From an uncultured virus (IMG/VR IMGVR_UViG_3300031087_000457) (taxonomy: Duplodnaviria; Heunggongvirae; Uroviricota; Caudoviricetes): 64,000 bases of DNA. The position numbers were made by a program, and so were the translations under genes. The first letter of the stretch is position 1. Every line of letters begins with the position of its first letter. The notes beneath the pieces were generated by a model, which ran no database searches, was not told the DNA's origin, and saw only the letters and a program-made list of their open reading frames with translations. Location: IMG/VR virus record IMGVR_UViG_3300031087_000457; one strand, given 5' to 3'. Positions 18,733-28,504 of the stretch are shown here, in pieces.

Positions 18733-19800
18733 ATGGCAATAGCCATCAAGGAACTGAAGCAGGGCAGCCCCGCAAAGCTCACCCGACTCACCCAGGAGTC
18801 CCGGGAGACCCGACCACCGAACCGCTTCACCGAGGTCAGCCTCGCCAAGAAGCTCTCGGACCTTGGCATCGGCCGGCCCAGCACCCTGTCATCGATCATC
18901 TCAGTGATCCAGGACCGGGGCTATGTGAAGCGCCACGGAAGCCAGCTCTATCCCACGCCCCTGGGCTTCGCCATCGCCCGTGTGCTGACCTCCAAGTTTC
19001 CGGACTTCACCGACTATGGCTACACCGCGGCCATGGAGGAGGAGCTCGAGTCCATCGAGGAGGGCCAGAAGACTCGGCTTCAGTTCCTCGTGGACTTCTG
19101 GCGGGGCAAGAACGGCTTTGAGGCGCTCCTCGAGCTCCTCGGAAAGTCCGTCGACTTCGACGAGATCGGAAAGCTCACCACCATCGATCTCCACAATGGC
19201 TACGAGATCAAGGTCAATCGCTATGGAGCCTTCCTCCAGGATCCCAAGGCGGAGCCCAACGAGAAGGGCTACATCCCCTCGGCGAAGCTCGACGATGAGG
19301 CAGACCTCTGGGAGTACCGGGAGGCAGAGGCCTGCAAGACGCTCCTCGAGAACGCAACCAACGCCCAGGGTCCACGGGAGCTCGGAGTGCTGAAGTCCGG
19401 TGAGTATGAGGGCTACACGGTCTTCGCCAAGGACGGTAAGTTCGGCGCCTTCCTTCAGGCCGTGCACCCGAAGCAGATTGAGGCAGAGGCTGCTGGCAAG
19501 AAGCCCACGGCCAAGACTCCGAAGCCTGTGAACCAGAAGCTCCCCGAGGGCGCAGAGCTGGAGACAGTTGAGCTCAAGGATGTGGAGTCCCTCTTCGCAG
19601 AGGTCAAGCTTCCCCGGACCCTCTCTCCTCAGTTCTTCGTGGGCATCGGAAAGAGAGGCCCCTGGCTCGGTCGAAAGGCTTCGGCTAAGTCCAAGAGAGC
19701 TGTCTTTGTGAGCCTCCCCGAGGGTGCAGATCCCCGTACGATAGCTCTGGACGAGGCAGAAAAGATCTGGAAGGAAAAGCAAGACGCCAAGAAGAAGTAG
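18733..19800 (+). CDS. topA: DNA topoisomerase IA, C-terminal part (rest of the core plus C-terminal repeats)
   Basis: TRPPNRFTEVSL, LGIGRPST, QDRGYV, PTPLG, TAAMEEEL; repeats NRYGAFLQ, GKFGAFLQ, GKRGPWL; own GGGAG RBS. Confidence 0.9.
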   Translation: MAIAIKELKQGSPAKLTRLTQESRETRPPNRFTEVSLAKKLSDLGIGRPSTLSSIISVIQDRGYVKRHGSQLYPTPLGFAIARVLTSKFPDFTDYGYTAAMEEELESIEEGQKTRLQFLVDFWRGKNGFEALLELLGKSVDFDEIGKLTTIDLHNGYEIKVNRYGAFLQDPKAEPNEKGYIPSAKLDDEADLWEYREAEACKTLLENATNAQGPRELGVLKSGEYEGYTVFAKDGKFGAFLQAVHPKQIEAEAAGKKPTAKTPKPVNQKLPEGAELETVELKDVESLFAEVKLPRTLSPQFFVGIGKRGPWLGRKASAKSKRAVFVSLPEGADPRTIALDEAEKIWKEKQDAKKK

Positions 19801-19847
19801 CTCCTAGCGAGGCTGCGGGCCCTGCCATTCGATATAACGAAGTCGTT

Positions 19848-20663
19848 ATGATTCAGACCTTCAGAAAGCCTAGAACCATCCTACGAAAAACTACCACCAT
19901 CTCAGGGATCGCAGGCGCAACATTACTCCTCTCCCTCCTCGGTCCAACTGCTGCCTCCGCAGCCGAAGCCACCGACCAGCCCTCATCTTCTGCAGCCACT
20001 TCGAGCTCAGTTGAGATCACACCTGAGGCCCTAGCCCAGGTCAGTCAGCAGCAGATCTCCACGGCCAACAGCGGCACAGAGAAGTTCAGCGCCGCTGATC
20101 TCATGGCTCAGGTTCGAGACCAGATCGAGACCGATCGAGTGGACCGCGAGAAAAAGCGTGCAGAAGAGGCCCGGGCCAGGGCAGAGGCCGAAGCCAAAGC
20201 CAAGGCTAAGGCGGAGGCCGAGGCAAAGGCCAAGGCTGAAGCTGAGGCTGCCGCCAAGGCCAAGGCCGACGCGGAGGCTGCTGCAGCTGCCCAGGCTCAG
20301 CGAAGCACAGGTCGCTCTAGCTCTAGCTCTCCATCCACTTCCAGTAGATCGAGCACCCCGAGTTCCTCTCCTGTTTACACGGGTGGAGGCTCCAAGAACG
20401 ACTGGCTTGCAGCTTCCGGCATTCCCGAGAGCGACTGGGGCTATGTGGACTACATCGTGAGCCACGAGTCCGGCTGGAACCCTAACGCGGTCAACGCTAG
20501 CTCAGGCGCCGGTGGTCTCGTACAGGCACTGCCCTGCGGCAAGGTAGCTGGTGGATGCTTCGATCCAGTGTCCAACCTGAAGTGGGCCGATGGCTACGCC
20601 AAGGCTCGCTACGGATCCTGGGCCGGTGCCTACCAGTTCTGGTCCTCCAACCACTGGTGGTAA
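19848..20663 (+). CDS. Secreted lytic transglycosylase (SLT/aggregation-promoting-factor-like) with an Ala/Lys/Glu linker
   Basis: Signal peptide; HESGWNPNAVNASSGAGGLVQALP...RYGSW...NHWW. Confidence 0.85.
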   Translation: MIQTFRKPRTILRKTTTISGIAGATLLLSLLGPTAASAAEATDQPSSSAATSSSVEITPEALAQVSQQQISTANSGTEKFSAADLMAQVRDQIETDRVDREKKRAEEARARAEAEAKAKAKAEAEAKAKAEAEAAAKAKADAEAAAAAQAQRSTGRSSSSSPSTSSRSSTPSSSPVYTGGGSKNDWLAASGIPESDWGYVDYIVSHESGWNPNAVNASSGAGGLVQALPCGKVAGGCFDPVSNLKWADGYAKARYGSWAGAYQFWSSNHWW

Positions 20664-20685
20664 GCTCCACCCCGATCTGATAGCC

Positions 20686-20733
20686 AAACGGTGCGGACTG
20701 ATAGTGTATGATGTGCACTAGTCCGCACCGTTT
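20686..20733 (+). terminator. Inverted repeat with a large loop
   Basis: aaacggtgcggact...agtccgcaccgttt. Confidence 0.6.
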
Positions 20734-20760
20734 GTCGTAGGAGCAGCAGAAAGGCCTCCA

Positions 20761-21759
20761 GTGAAAGCCCTTGTCTTTACAACCAAGAGGAATCTTGAGG
20801 CCCTCGCCTCCATGGACACCAGAGTCGTCGCCTACGGGCTCGAACGGGCTGGCTATGATGTGGATCTCCGAGAGCTCGGAGAGCTGCGGGAAGATGTTGA
20901 CTCGGTGCCCTTCGAGGACTACGACATCATCACCTACGCCATTCCAGACAACGCTCTCTACGCGAGCACCACGAAGAACTACCACTTCTACAAGGAGATG
21001 GCCCGTCGAGCAAAGCCCTATGCCATCACCCTCTTCCAGTGTGACATCACATTCGCCCTGGACCCCTTCATCTGGGATCCAGCCATCGGACGCTCAGAGA
21101 CCCGCTTCAACTACCTCAAGGACAAGCCCGTTCGGGTGATCGCCAGCTTCTCGGACAGCATCATCGATGATCCTTCCGCCATGGCGCTCATGGAGTCCAA
21201 GTACATGAGGAAGCTCCACCCGGACTCGAAGTTCATCCCCCTTGAGTGGCTGAGCTTCAACTACGACATGATGGTGGAGAGCCGAGGTGGCGAGACAGGT
21301 AGCGACATCGGTGCACTTCCCTCTCGCTACAGCGATCTTGCAGAGGTCCTCGCTGAGGAGCTCCCCGTGGGTAGGTTCTACTACGGCATCAAGAAGCCGA
21401 AGATCGCCAAGCGACTCAAGGAGCTCGGCCTCGGCCAGAGCCCGACGGACGCCGTCTTCGGCAAGGTCGGAGAGAACCTTCCAGATGTTCGCAACTTCCT
21501 CAAGAACAAGAAGGATGTGGGCAGAGAGTTCTGGCTACCCTATGCGAAGGCCGCGGACGAGGTCTTCCTGCCCTACGAACCCATCAAGGGAGATCACCAG
21601 ATCACCCTGCGCCACCTCGAGGCTCTGGAGTTCTACCCCGAGGCCACCTCCATCGACCCCAAGATGGAGGCCTGGATCGGAGAGACCGCCCGGAACTACC
21701 GGGGCTGGATCGAAGCGCAGGAGCGAGCCGTCGAGCGCTACAAGGGCCTGATGGACTGA
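20761..21759 (+). CDS. Putative DNA beta-glucosyltransferase-like protein (T4 BGT/GT-B fold)
   Basis: Similar length and ordered motif resemblance to T4 BGT as recalled (DYD, CDI, KPVRVI, FIPLE, FGK, DHQITLRHLEA, ID). Confidence 0.55.
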   Translation: MKALVFTTKRNLEALASMDTRVVAYGLERAGYDVDLRELGELREDVDSVPFEDYDIITYAIPDNALYASTTKNYHFYKEMARRAKPYAITLFQCDITFALDPFIWDPAIGRSETRFNYLKDKPVRVIASFSDSIIDDPSAMALMESKYMRKLHPDSKFIPLEWLSFNYDMMVESRGGETGSDIGALPSRYSDLAEVLAEELPVGRFYYGIKKPKIAKRLKELGLGQSPTDAVFGKVGENLPDVRNFLKNKKDVGREFWLPYAKAADEVFLPYEPIKGDHQITLRHLEALEFYPEATSIDPKMEAWIGETARNYRGWIEAQERAVERYKGLMD

Positions 21760-21782
21760 GGGCTCCTTGATAGCGTAGCCCC

Positions 21783-23606
21783 ATGGCAAAGAGGAACATT
21801 CGAGAGCTGATCGGTGAGATCAAGAGCTCCCAGGACATCGCAGACTACATCTCTGCGGCAGGCGTAGCCCTGAAGGCTTCTTCCGCTGGTAAGGCCAAGG
21901 GGCTCTGTCCGTTCCACGGAGAGAAGAGCCCGTCCTTCTATGTGGACAGCAACTTCCAGAACTACAGATGCTTCGGCTGTGGCGCCAACGGAGACCTCGT
22001 CAACTTCGTCCAGGAGTACGAGAACCTGAGCTTCATCGACTCGGTCAAGAAGCTCGCCGAAGTAGCTGGCATCGAGTACGATCTCGAGGACTCCAAGCCA
22101 GGCTTTGACTACCGGGCAATCCGGGACTGCGTGGAGGCTACGCACAAGTTCTTCGTGAAGTCCTTCGCCAAGCTTCCAGACGACCATCGAGCCAAGCGCG
22201 AGATCACCGAGACTCGCGGGCTCACCTACGACAGCATGGACTACGGCTACGCTCCCGAGGGGCGCGTCAACCTCTACAAGCACCTCAAGGAGAAGGGGTT
22301 CTCCGACGAGATCATGCTCCAGGCAGGCGTTGTCTCCCAGTGGAAGGACAGCGGCAAGATCTCCGACTTCTGGAGTGGCCGGCTCATGTTCACCATGCGC
22401 GATGCCACCGGAAAGGCCGTGGGCTTCAGTGGCCGCCACCTCTTCGAGGCCGACAAGCGCGGCAAGTATGTGAACTCTCCCGACGGCCCGGTCTTCGACA
22501 AGGGCGCTCTACTCTTCCACCAGAGTGAGGCTAAGCAGGAGGCCAAGAAGTCCGGCGTGCTCTATGTGGCCGAGGGGCAGTTCGATGTGACTGCCATCGC
22601 GGCCTCCGGCATGCCCAATGTGGTGGCCTCCTCGGGAACTGCCTTCACACGCAAGCAGGTGCTCATGTGCTCCCGCATGGTGGGAGAGAACGGCCGGGTG
22701 GTCTTCACCTTCGACGGCGACGATGCGGGTCAGAAGGCTGCCTACAAGATCTTCGCCCTGGCAGATGAGCTCCAGAGCCAGTGCTATGTGGTGAGCCTCC
22801 CCGAGGATCAGGACCCCTGTGACTTCCGCAAAGAGAACGGACCCGAAGCTCTGCGAGAGGAGCTCGAGGGTGCGGCCGTGCCCATCGTGGAGTTCGTGCT
22901 CAATGTGATCGCAGGCCGCTATGACCTCAAGGATCCTGCCCAGGGTGCCCGCTACCTCGATGAGGCTGCGGTGATCCTCAAGGGCATCACCAGCCCCGCA
23001 CTTCGAGCAACCTACGCGAAGCGAGTTGCGCTCAAGTCGCTGATGACGATCTCCACGGTGGAGGAAGCCATCGACCGAGCCAAGAGCGCAAAAGAACTCC
23101 CCCAGAGGCAGCTTCCACCCCGAGCTGACCAGGAAGAGGAAGAGGTCGAGACTCGCAGCGACTTCGTCAGCCACGCCCAGCGTGAGGAGAAGTTCCTTCG
23201 AGACTTCGAGGACAGCGAGCTCAAGCAGGCCACCGCTCGGCTCCTCCAGCTCGCGCTCCACCAGCGCTCACTGATTCCAGAGTTCCTCAAGATCGAAGCC
23301 GCTCCGAAGCCCCTCCTGGTCATCGCCAAGGAGATCTCGAAGCTCCCCGAGGGTGCCCCCATCATCGCAGAGAAGTCCCGGGTACCCCTGATCCTTCAGA
23401 CGGTGATCGAGCAGACCTACTTCAAGCACCTGAAGATCATGGATGAGCAGGATATCTCCGATCTCTTCGACCACATCGCGAGCGAGCTTGCCCGGGACCT
23501 CGAGCTCCGAGAGCTCAAGCGCAACTCCCGAAAGATCATGGATGTGCTCCGGGAGAGCTCAGATCCGGAGCTCCTCAAGCTCACCGAGGAAGAGGCCAAT
23601 GGCTGA
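21783..23606 (+). CDS. dnaG: DNA primase DnaG
   Basis: CPFHGEKSPSF...CFGC zinc finger, KYVNSP, EGQFD, FDGDDAG, DPCD. Confidence 0.95.
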   Translation: MAKRNIRELIGEIKSSQDIADYISAAGVALKASSAGKAKGLCPFHGEKSPSFYVDSNFQNYRCFGCGANGDLVNFVQEYENLSFIDSVKKLAEVAGIEYDLEDSKPGFDYRAIRDCVEATHKFFVKSFAKLPDDHRAKREITETRGLTYDSMDYGYAPEGRVNLYKHLKEKGFSDEIMLQAGVVSQWKDSGKISDFWSGRLMFTMRDATGKAVGFSGRHLFEADKRGKYVNSPDGPVFDKGALLFHQSEAKQEAKKSGVLYVAEGQFDVTAIAASGMPNVVASSGTAFTRKQVLMCSRMVGENGRVVFTFDGDDAGQKAAYKIFALADELQSQCYVVSLPEDQDPCDFRKENGPEALREELEGAAVPIVEFVLNVIAGRYDLKDPAQGARYLDEAAVILKGITSPALRATYAKRVALKSLMTISTVEEAIDRAKSAKELPQRQLPPRADQEEEEVETRSDFVSHAQREEKFLRDFEDSELKQATARLLQLALHQRSLIPEFLKIEAAPKPLLVIAKEISKLPEGAPIIAEKSRVPLILQTVIEQTYFKHLKIMDEQDISDLFDHIASELARDLELRELKRNSRKIMDVLRESSDPELLKLTEEEANG

Positions 23607-24159
23607 CCCGGCGGATACCGTCTGGCGCTTCAGGGACACGGTGGGCCTCGAGCACATCGAGAAGGCTCTGCGAGCAGCCACCTTCGACTACAGTAGGCAC
23701 TCGACGACCGTGAGCTACTTCTTCCAGCCGGGAGAGAGCCCCCGGCTCGACAGCTACGAGCTCCACGCCGCCTACAAGGGCAGCAACGGCCTCGGTGAGC
23801 CCCTGGTGAAGAAGTCCTACCTCAGGAATAGCTACGGCATCCTCGAGACCGTCGAGGGGAGCCGCTGGATCGCGGAGACCAACGGAGAGAAGATCTCCGA
23901 GCTCGACTTCTACGAGGCCGTGCTCTACTCGAGCCCCGACCGGATGCTCAGCCTTCAGCAGCTCAGCTTCGAAACGGGGGCAGGTCGCTATCTCGTCGAG
24001 CTCAACATTGAAAGTAAGCTCCTCGTACTGATCTCCCTGAATGGCATGAAGCACATTCCGGGAGCTCTCTCAGAGCTGATTTCAGATGAGGAGCTCTGCA
24101 GAGCGGACTACCTCCTAGAGCTCTTCCGCCACAATGGTGGTCCTCTCGTTTCGTCGTGA
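23599..24159 (+). CDS. Hypothetical protein coupled to dnaG
   Basis: ATG 23599 overlaps the dnaG end. Confidence 0.65.
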   Translation: MADPADTVWRFRDTVGLEHIEKALRAATFDYSRHSTTVSYFFQPGESPRLDSYELHAAYKGSNGLGEPLVKKSYLRNSYGILETVEGSRWIAETNGEKISELDFYEAVLYSSPDRMLSLQQLSFETGAGRYLVELNIESKLLVLISLNGMKHIPGALSELISDEELCRADYLLELFRHNGGPLVSS

Positions 24160-24227
24160 TATGAGTGTGCGAACACTAGTGCACTCGCAATGCTCTCGCG
24201 GAGAGCGATAAGGAAGGCGGCCAGCGA

Positions 24228-25835
24228 ATGGCTAATCTGTCTAAGGACGAAGGTCCCGTGGAGAGTGGATTCGACTTCACAAAGTTCCTCGACTACGAAG
24301 ATGAAGAGACCCAGTCTTCCGGGGCTGACTACGAGGTCATTCCCTTCAGTCGCTTTGAGATCGTTACCGGAGAGCTCGACTCCGATCTCGAGGGTGCCGT
24401 TGAGACCTACATTCGGGCTGGAAAGGTCACCCGGGGCGCCAAGAAGGGACTCCGAAGGCTCGCAGCTGAGAACAGGGAGCTCGAAGATGAGCTTCGGACC
24501 ATCGATGCGGCCGTCCTTGAGCGGGCCGACAGCTACGATGGACTGGTCTCCGGCATCCTCCGGGAGAAGGATCGAATCAGCGGAAGCTCCTTCCTCGACG
24601 ACAGCGACCCCTACGACTCGAAGCCCGTGAGCCTCGATGAGGCTCCCGGCTCTCGCCAGGCACGCAGTGACTCCAACGAGCTCTTCGAGGAGATCGAGAA
24701 GCTCGAGGCTCGCCGATCTGAGATCAATGGCCGGAGAGTCGAGCTCCTGGAGGAACTCCTCATCCTGGCGGACAAGCAGCAGAACGGCGCCTGGGAGTAC
24801 CTCGACGATCTTGCTGGAGAGAAGCAGAAGGCCGCCGGCAGGGTCGAGGACATCACCAAGGTAGACTTCAGCGATGAGGACGAGGAAGAGTTCGACAGAG
24901 GTGTCGATGAGCTCAACGGCTTCATTCAGGGTGACTTCGATCCCCTGGCAGAAGATGACGAGGACGAGTCCGGCCCGAGGGTCGCTCCCCTCTACGAAGA
25001 TCAGCCACTCTCGGAGGATGGCCACACAGAACAGGAGATCCTCGCCATGGAGGAAGCAAACACCGGGAGCTCAGAAGAGCGACCCAAGAGCTTCAGTGAG
25101 CTCTTCCAGACATCCACCAGAGATGACCAGGATGAGACCCAGGTCTCAGATGGCTTCCAGGACGCCTTCAGCAGCGCAGAGAGCCAGGAAGACCTCCACC
25201 GGGCCCTGGGCGATGATAGCTTCGATCCGGATCTCGATGACGGCACCGGCGAGGACTCGAGATTCCCCTGGGAGGTCGAAACCCAGGGCACTGCAGCTCC
25301 GGAGGCCGACCTCGATGACGAGGAGATCCCCGAGGACCGCAGTGAGGCCGACGAGCTCACTGAGTCTGATCTTGAGGCAGACTCCGAGGAGCCCTCTGAG
25401 GTCACAGCTGGCGATCTAAGCGCCGAAGATTTCGAGGACGCATCGACCGACGAAGCAGCCGAGATCGACGCTGAGGGTGCAGCCTGGGACGAGTCAGGGG
25501 ATGATGCCGAGGCTTCCGGCGAGCTCAACTCCGAGGAGATCGAGGAAGAGCTCCAGGAGGAGATCGCCTCCGACTTCGACGAGACCGAAGAAGAGGCTTC
25601 CACCGTCGGTGACGAGTTCGACAGCTGGACTCCCGTGGACGAGGAAGAGTTCTCCGAGGAGGAGTTCGAGGAACTCGCTGAGGACGACGCCAGCGATGAG
25701 CACAGCGAGCACTCGGAAGAGGCCGAAGACTCTGAGGAAGCAGGAGCCGATAGCTACATCGGAAACCTCGTGCCTATCTATGCAGGCACTCCGATCTTCG
25801 ACGCTCTCAAGGAAAAGTACGGGATCAGCATCTGA
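24228..25835 (+). CDS. Extremely acidic (Asp/Glu-rich) low-complexity protein
   Basis: N-terminal coiled coil, long D/E tract, short ordered C-terminus. Confidence 0.8.
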   Translation: MANLSKDEGPVESGFDFTKFLDYEDEETQSSGADYEVIPFSRFEIVTGELDSDLEGAVETYIRAGKVTRGAKKGLRRLAAENRELEDELRTIDAAVLERADSYDGLVSGILREKDRISGSSFLDDSDPYDSKPVSLDEAPGSRQARSDSNELFEEIEKLEARRSEINGRRVELLEELLILADKQQNGAWEYLDDLAGEKQKAAGRVEDITKVDFSDEDEEEFDRGVDELNGFIQGDFDPLAEDDEDESGPRVAPLYEDQPLSEDGHTEQEILAMEEANTGSSEERPKSFSELFQTSTRDDQDETQVSDGFQDAFSSAESQEDLHRALGDDSFDPDLDDGTGEDSRFPWEVETQGTAAPEADLDDEEIPEDRSEADELTESDLEADSEEPSEVTAGDLSAEDFEDASTDEAAEIDAEGAAWDESGDDAEASGELNSEEIEEELQEEIASDFDETEEEASTVGDEFDSWTPVDEEEFSEEEFEELAEDDASDEHSEHSEEAEDSEEAGADSYIGNLVPIYAGTPIFDALKEKYGISI

Positions 25836-25864
25836 AGTTTCCCGATCACCGGAGGAAATGATCC

Positions 25865-28441
25865 ATGAGTAACAGCCTCTTCAGCTCTGAGGCGGACGAT
25901 GACGAGCGCCGGGGCTCTGGCGCGGGAGACAAGGCTGTCACGAAGATCGTGGTCTTCATCCTCTGTCTTCCGCTGATCCCCGCGGGGCTCTTCGGCCTAC
26001 TGTTCTACTGGGTCTTCCTGCGCGTGCTCAAGTTCAAGCGCTCCGTGAGCGGCTTCGTCACCCTGCTCATGGTCGGGGGAGGATATCTTGCCTTCTCGGC
26101 CATGGGCGGTATTTCTGCGGCCGTTGAGGTCTTCACAGGCTCCGGTGGCATTATCGAGAATTGGATGACGCTTGTCTACCTTCTCATTCCTCTTTCGGTG
26201 GGTCTCGGGTCGCTCTTCGGCTACGGTCTGATCCTCTGGGATGTGCGAGACATCCACAACAATCCCCACCGGGTAGAGCTCCCGGGCTTCTGGACCTACA
26301 ACATCCGCTGGAGGAAGACTCCCCTGGAGCTCCTCAAGAAGCGCAGGGCTATCAAGGCGCTGCAGCGCGGAAGCCTCATCGATGATGAGCGAGCTCCCCT
26401 GGGCTACGAGGAGGACGCTGACCGGGTGGCCTACCGATTCACCGAGGAATCCGTTAGGCACACCCTGGTCACCGGTGCTGCAGGTTCTGGTAAGACCATC
26501 TCCATGCTCTCCATGATGCGGGCTGACATTGAGTCGGGCCGTACGGTCATCGCAGTTGACTTCAAGCGCTCTCCTGAGTTTGCCGCAAAGCTCGCGGCCT
26601 GGAGCAATGAGTTCGGAGTTCCCTTCTACCACTTCGAGAAGGGGAAGCCGGAGTCCTACCGCATCGAGCACTCCCTGGGTCAGTCCACCTACGACCCCTT
26701 TGCTTCCGGTTCTGGCTCTGAGATGGTGCTCAACATGCGCGAGTACGACACCAACTCAGCTGTCTACAAGGAGGCCATGCAGCAGCTCCTCCAGGTCGTC
26801 TTCGCCATGATGGAGCAGGCCGACCGCTCCAAGGCTCCCCGGGTCGACTGGAGCCATGGAGGAATCTACCAGCTCGCATCGGCCATCACCGACCCAAACC
26901 TCAAGGATCTCCTGGTGGCGGTGGAGGGTCAGCCGATCTTCCCACAGGCTCAGGACTATGTGCCTCTGGCCACCGCCGCCAAGGGGCCCGAGCGAGACGC
27001 CCTGGAAAAGCTCCGCGGACAAATGCGGACAATCGTCGCTTCAGCCTATGGTCGCTGGTTCAAGATCGGCGATGGCTCTAGGAACATCGATCTTCTTCGG
27101 ATGATGACCGGAGACCAGACAATCGTGCTCTTCAGCTTCAACTCTGAGGATGAGCCCGAGCTATCCAAGTATGTGGGCTCCATGATCTTCGCCGACCTGC
27201 GTGCCTGTTCGAGCCACATTCGAGCCCGCAAGGCAAGCAAGATCACCAATGTCTATGTGGACGAGTTCCAGGCTGTGCCCCCTACAGCGGTCAACGGTCT
27301 CCTCGAGAAGGCCCGTGAGTCGAAGATCGCCATGACTCTGGCTCAGCAGGCCTTTGAGCAGATCATCACATCCTCTGCCTCCAACGGTGAGGCCTACCTC
27401 CAGTCTATCCTCGTGACCTGCTCCAACTTCCTTACCCATGCGGGTATGACTCAGGACTCCGCAGAGCGAATCTCGAAGCTCCTCGGAAAGCACTGGAAGA
27501 CCGTCTACAGCCGCACCAACAAGTCCGATGGAGGATTCCTCAAGAACAACTTCGGCAACCGGCGCAACCAGATCGTTTCAGCCAACAAGCAAGAGGTCTG
27601 GAAGGTTGAGCCCGCGGAGTTCATGGCTCTCTCTGCTCCATCTTCGGGCAACGGCTACAAGTCCACGGCCATCCTCGTCAACAAGGCCGTCTCAGACCCC
27701 GATGTGGAGACAGAGGGAACGCTGGCTCGAAAGCTCTGGATGATTCCTCCGGCCACAGTTCTGGAAGAATATGTACCACCCTACATCGGTGACGAGGTTG
27801 ATCCCAATGCTCAGAAGCTCTATGTGGACAGCCAGGTCAGCCTGATCACAGAGGAAGAGGCCGCTCTTCAGAAGTCCTACGAGGATAACACTCCTGTCTA
27901 CCGGGAAGACAGCGAGCTCATCTACGGCCCTGGCCGGGGCTCCAATGTGCTTCAGGAAGAGCTCGCTGATTCTCTCTTCGCCGAGGAAGAGGCCTTCGAG
28001 GACTTCGGAGCGAGCTATGACGATGACGACGAGAGCGATGGCGCTTTCGAGATTGAGCCCATCGAGGCTCCCAACTCCCGGGAGTCCCTGGAGAACGATC
28101 TCGCCGCCTTCGATAGCGCGACTCCGGTGCGAAAGATCGAGCGCAAGCTCTCCTCGGCCCGAAGGATAGCTGAGCCTCGAGAGCAGCAGGTCCCGCAGGA
28201 AAGCCCCCGTGCTCAGCGGCCGGCTGAGCCCTCGAGATCTCCTCTAGGTCGGTCTGAACCGACTCGAGCTCAAGCCGCCTCTCAGGGTGAGCCGAGGGCG
28301 CTGAAGACCCGTGAGGCCCTTCCTCCAGTAGCTCCCGTGAGGGCGAGCGAGGATCTTCCCCTTCCAAGGCTCGGCAGAACAGCACCTCGAGCTCCTCAGC
28401 TCCAGAAGCACTACGAAGAAGAGAGCCTTCCGGATATCTGA
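25865..28441 (+). CDS. Type IV coupling protein (VirD4/TraD-like)
   Basis: Three N-terminal TM helices; Walker A GAAGSGKT; Walker B YVDEFQ; LLEKARES...LAQQ. Confidence 0.85.
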   Translation: MSNSLFSSEADDDERRGSGAGDKAVTKIVVFILCLPLIPAGLFGLLFYWVFLRVLKFKRSVSGFVTLLMVGGGYLAFSAMGGISAAVEVFTGSGGIIENWMTLVYLLIPLSVGLGSLFGYGLILWDVRDIHNNPHRVELPGFWTYNIRWRKTPLELLKKRRAIKALQRGSLIDDERAPLGYEEDADRVAYRFTEESVRHTLVTGAAGSGKTISMLSMMRADIESGRTVIAVDFKRSPEFAAKLAAWSNEFGVPFYHFEKGKPESYRIEHSLGQSTYDPFASGSGSEMVLNMREYDTNSAVYKEAMQQLLQVVFAMMEQADRSKAPRVDWSHGGIYQLASAITDPNLKDLLVAVEGQPIFPQAQDYVPLATAAKGPERDALEKLRGQMRTIVASAYGRWFKIGDGSRNIDLLRMMTGDQTIVLFSFNSEDEPELSKYVGSMIFADLRACSSHIRARKASKITNVYVDEFQAVPPTAVNGLLEKARESKIAMTLAQQAFEQIITSSASNGEAYLQSILVTCSNFLTHAGMTQDSAERISKLLGKHWKTVYSRTNKSDGGFLKNNFGNRRNQIVSANKQEVWKVEPAEFMALSAPSSGNGYKSTAILVNKAVSDPDVETEGTLARKLWMIPPATVLEEYVPPYIGDEVDPNAQKLYVDSQVSLITEEEAALQKSYEDNTPVYREDSELIYGPGRGSNVLQEELADSLFAEEEAFEDFGASYDDDDESDGAFEIEPIEAPNSRESLENDLAAFDSATPVRKIERKLSSARRIAEPREQQVPQESPRAQRPAEPSRSPLGRSEPTRAQAASQGEPRALKTREALPPVAPVRASEDLPLPRLGRTAPRAPQLQKHYEEESLPDI

Positions 28442-28504
28442 TCTCTCGCTATAGCGTGACTTAGTGATATCCCAACTCTGTAGCTACGACGATTAGGAGT
28501 CTCC

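Noticed and set aside
20170..20300. Repetitive DNA (gccaaggc / gaggc units)
   Set aside because: Encodes an Ala/Lys/Glu low-complexity linker in the transglycosylase; not a CRISPR array or DNA repeat element.
23599..24159. CYTH-like fold
   Set aside because: Only a vague pattern; the ExExK signature is missing.
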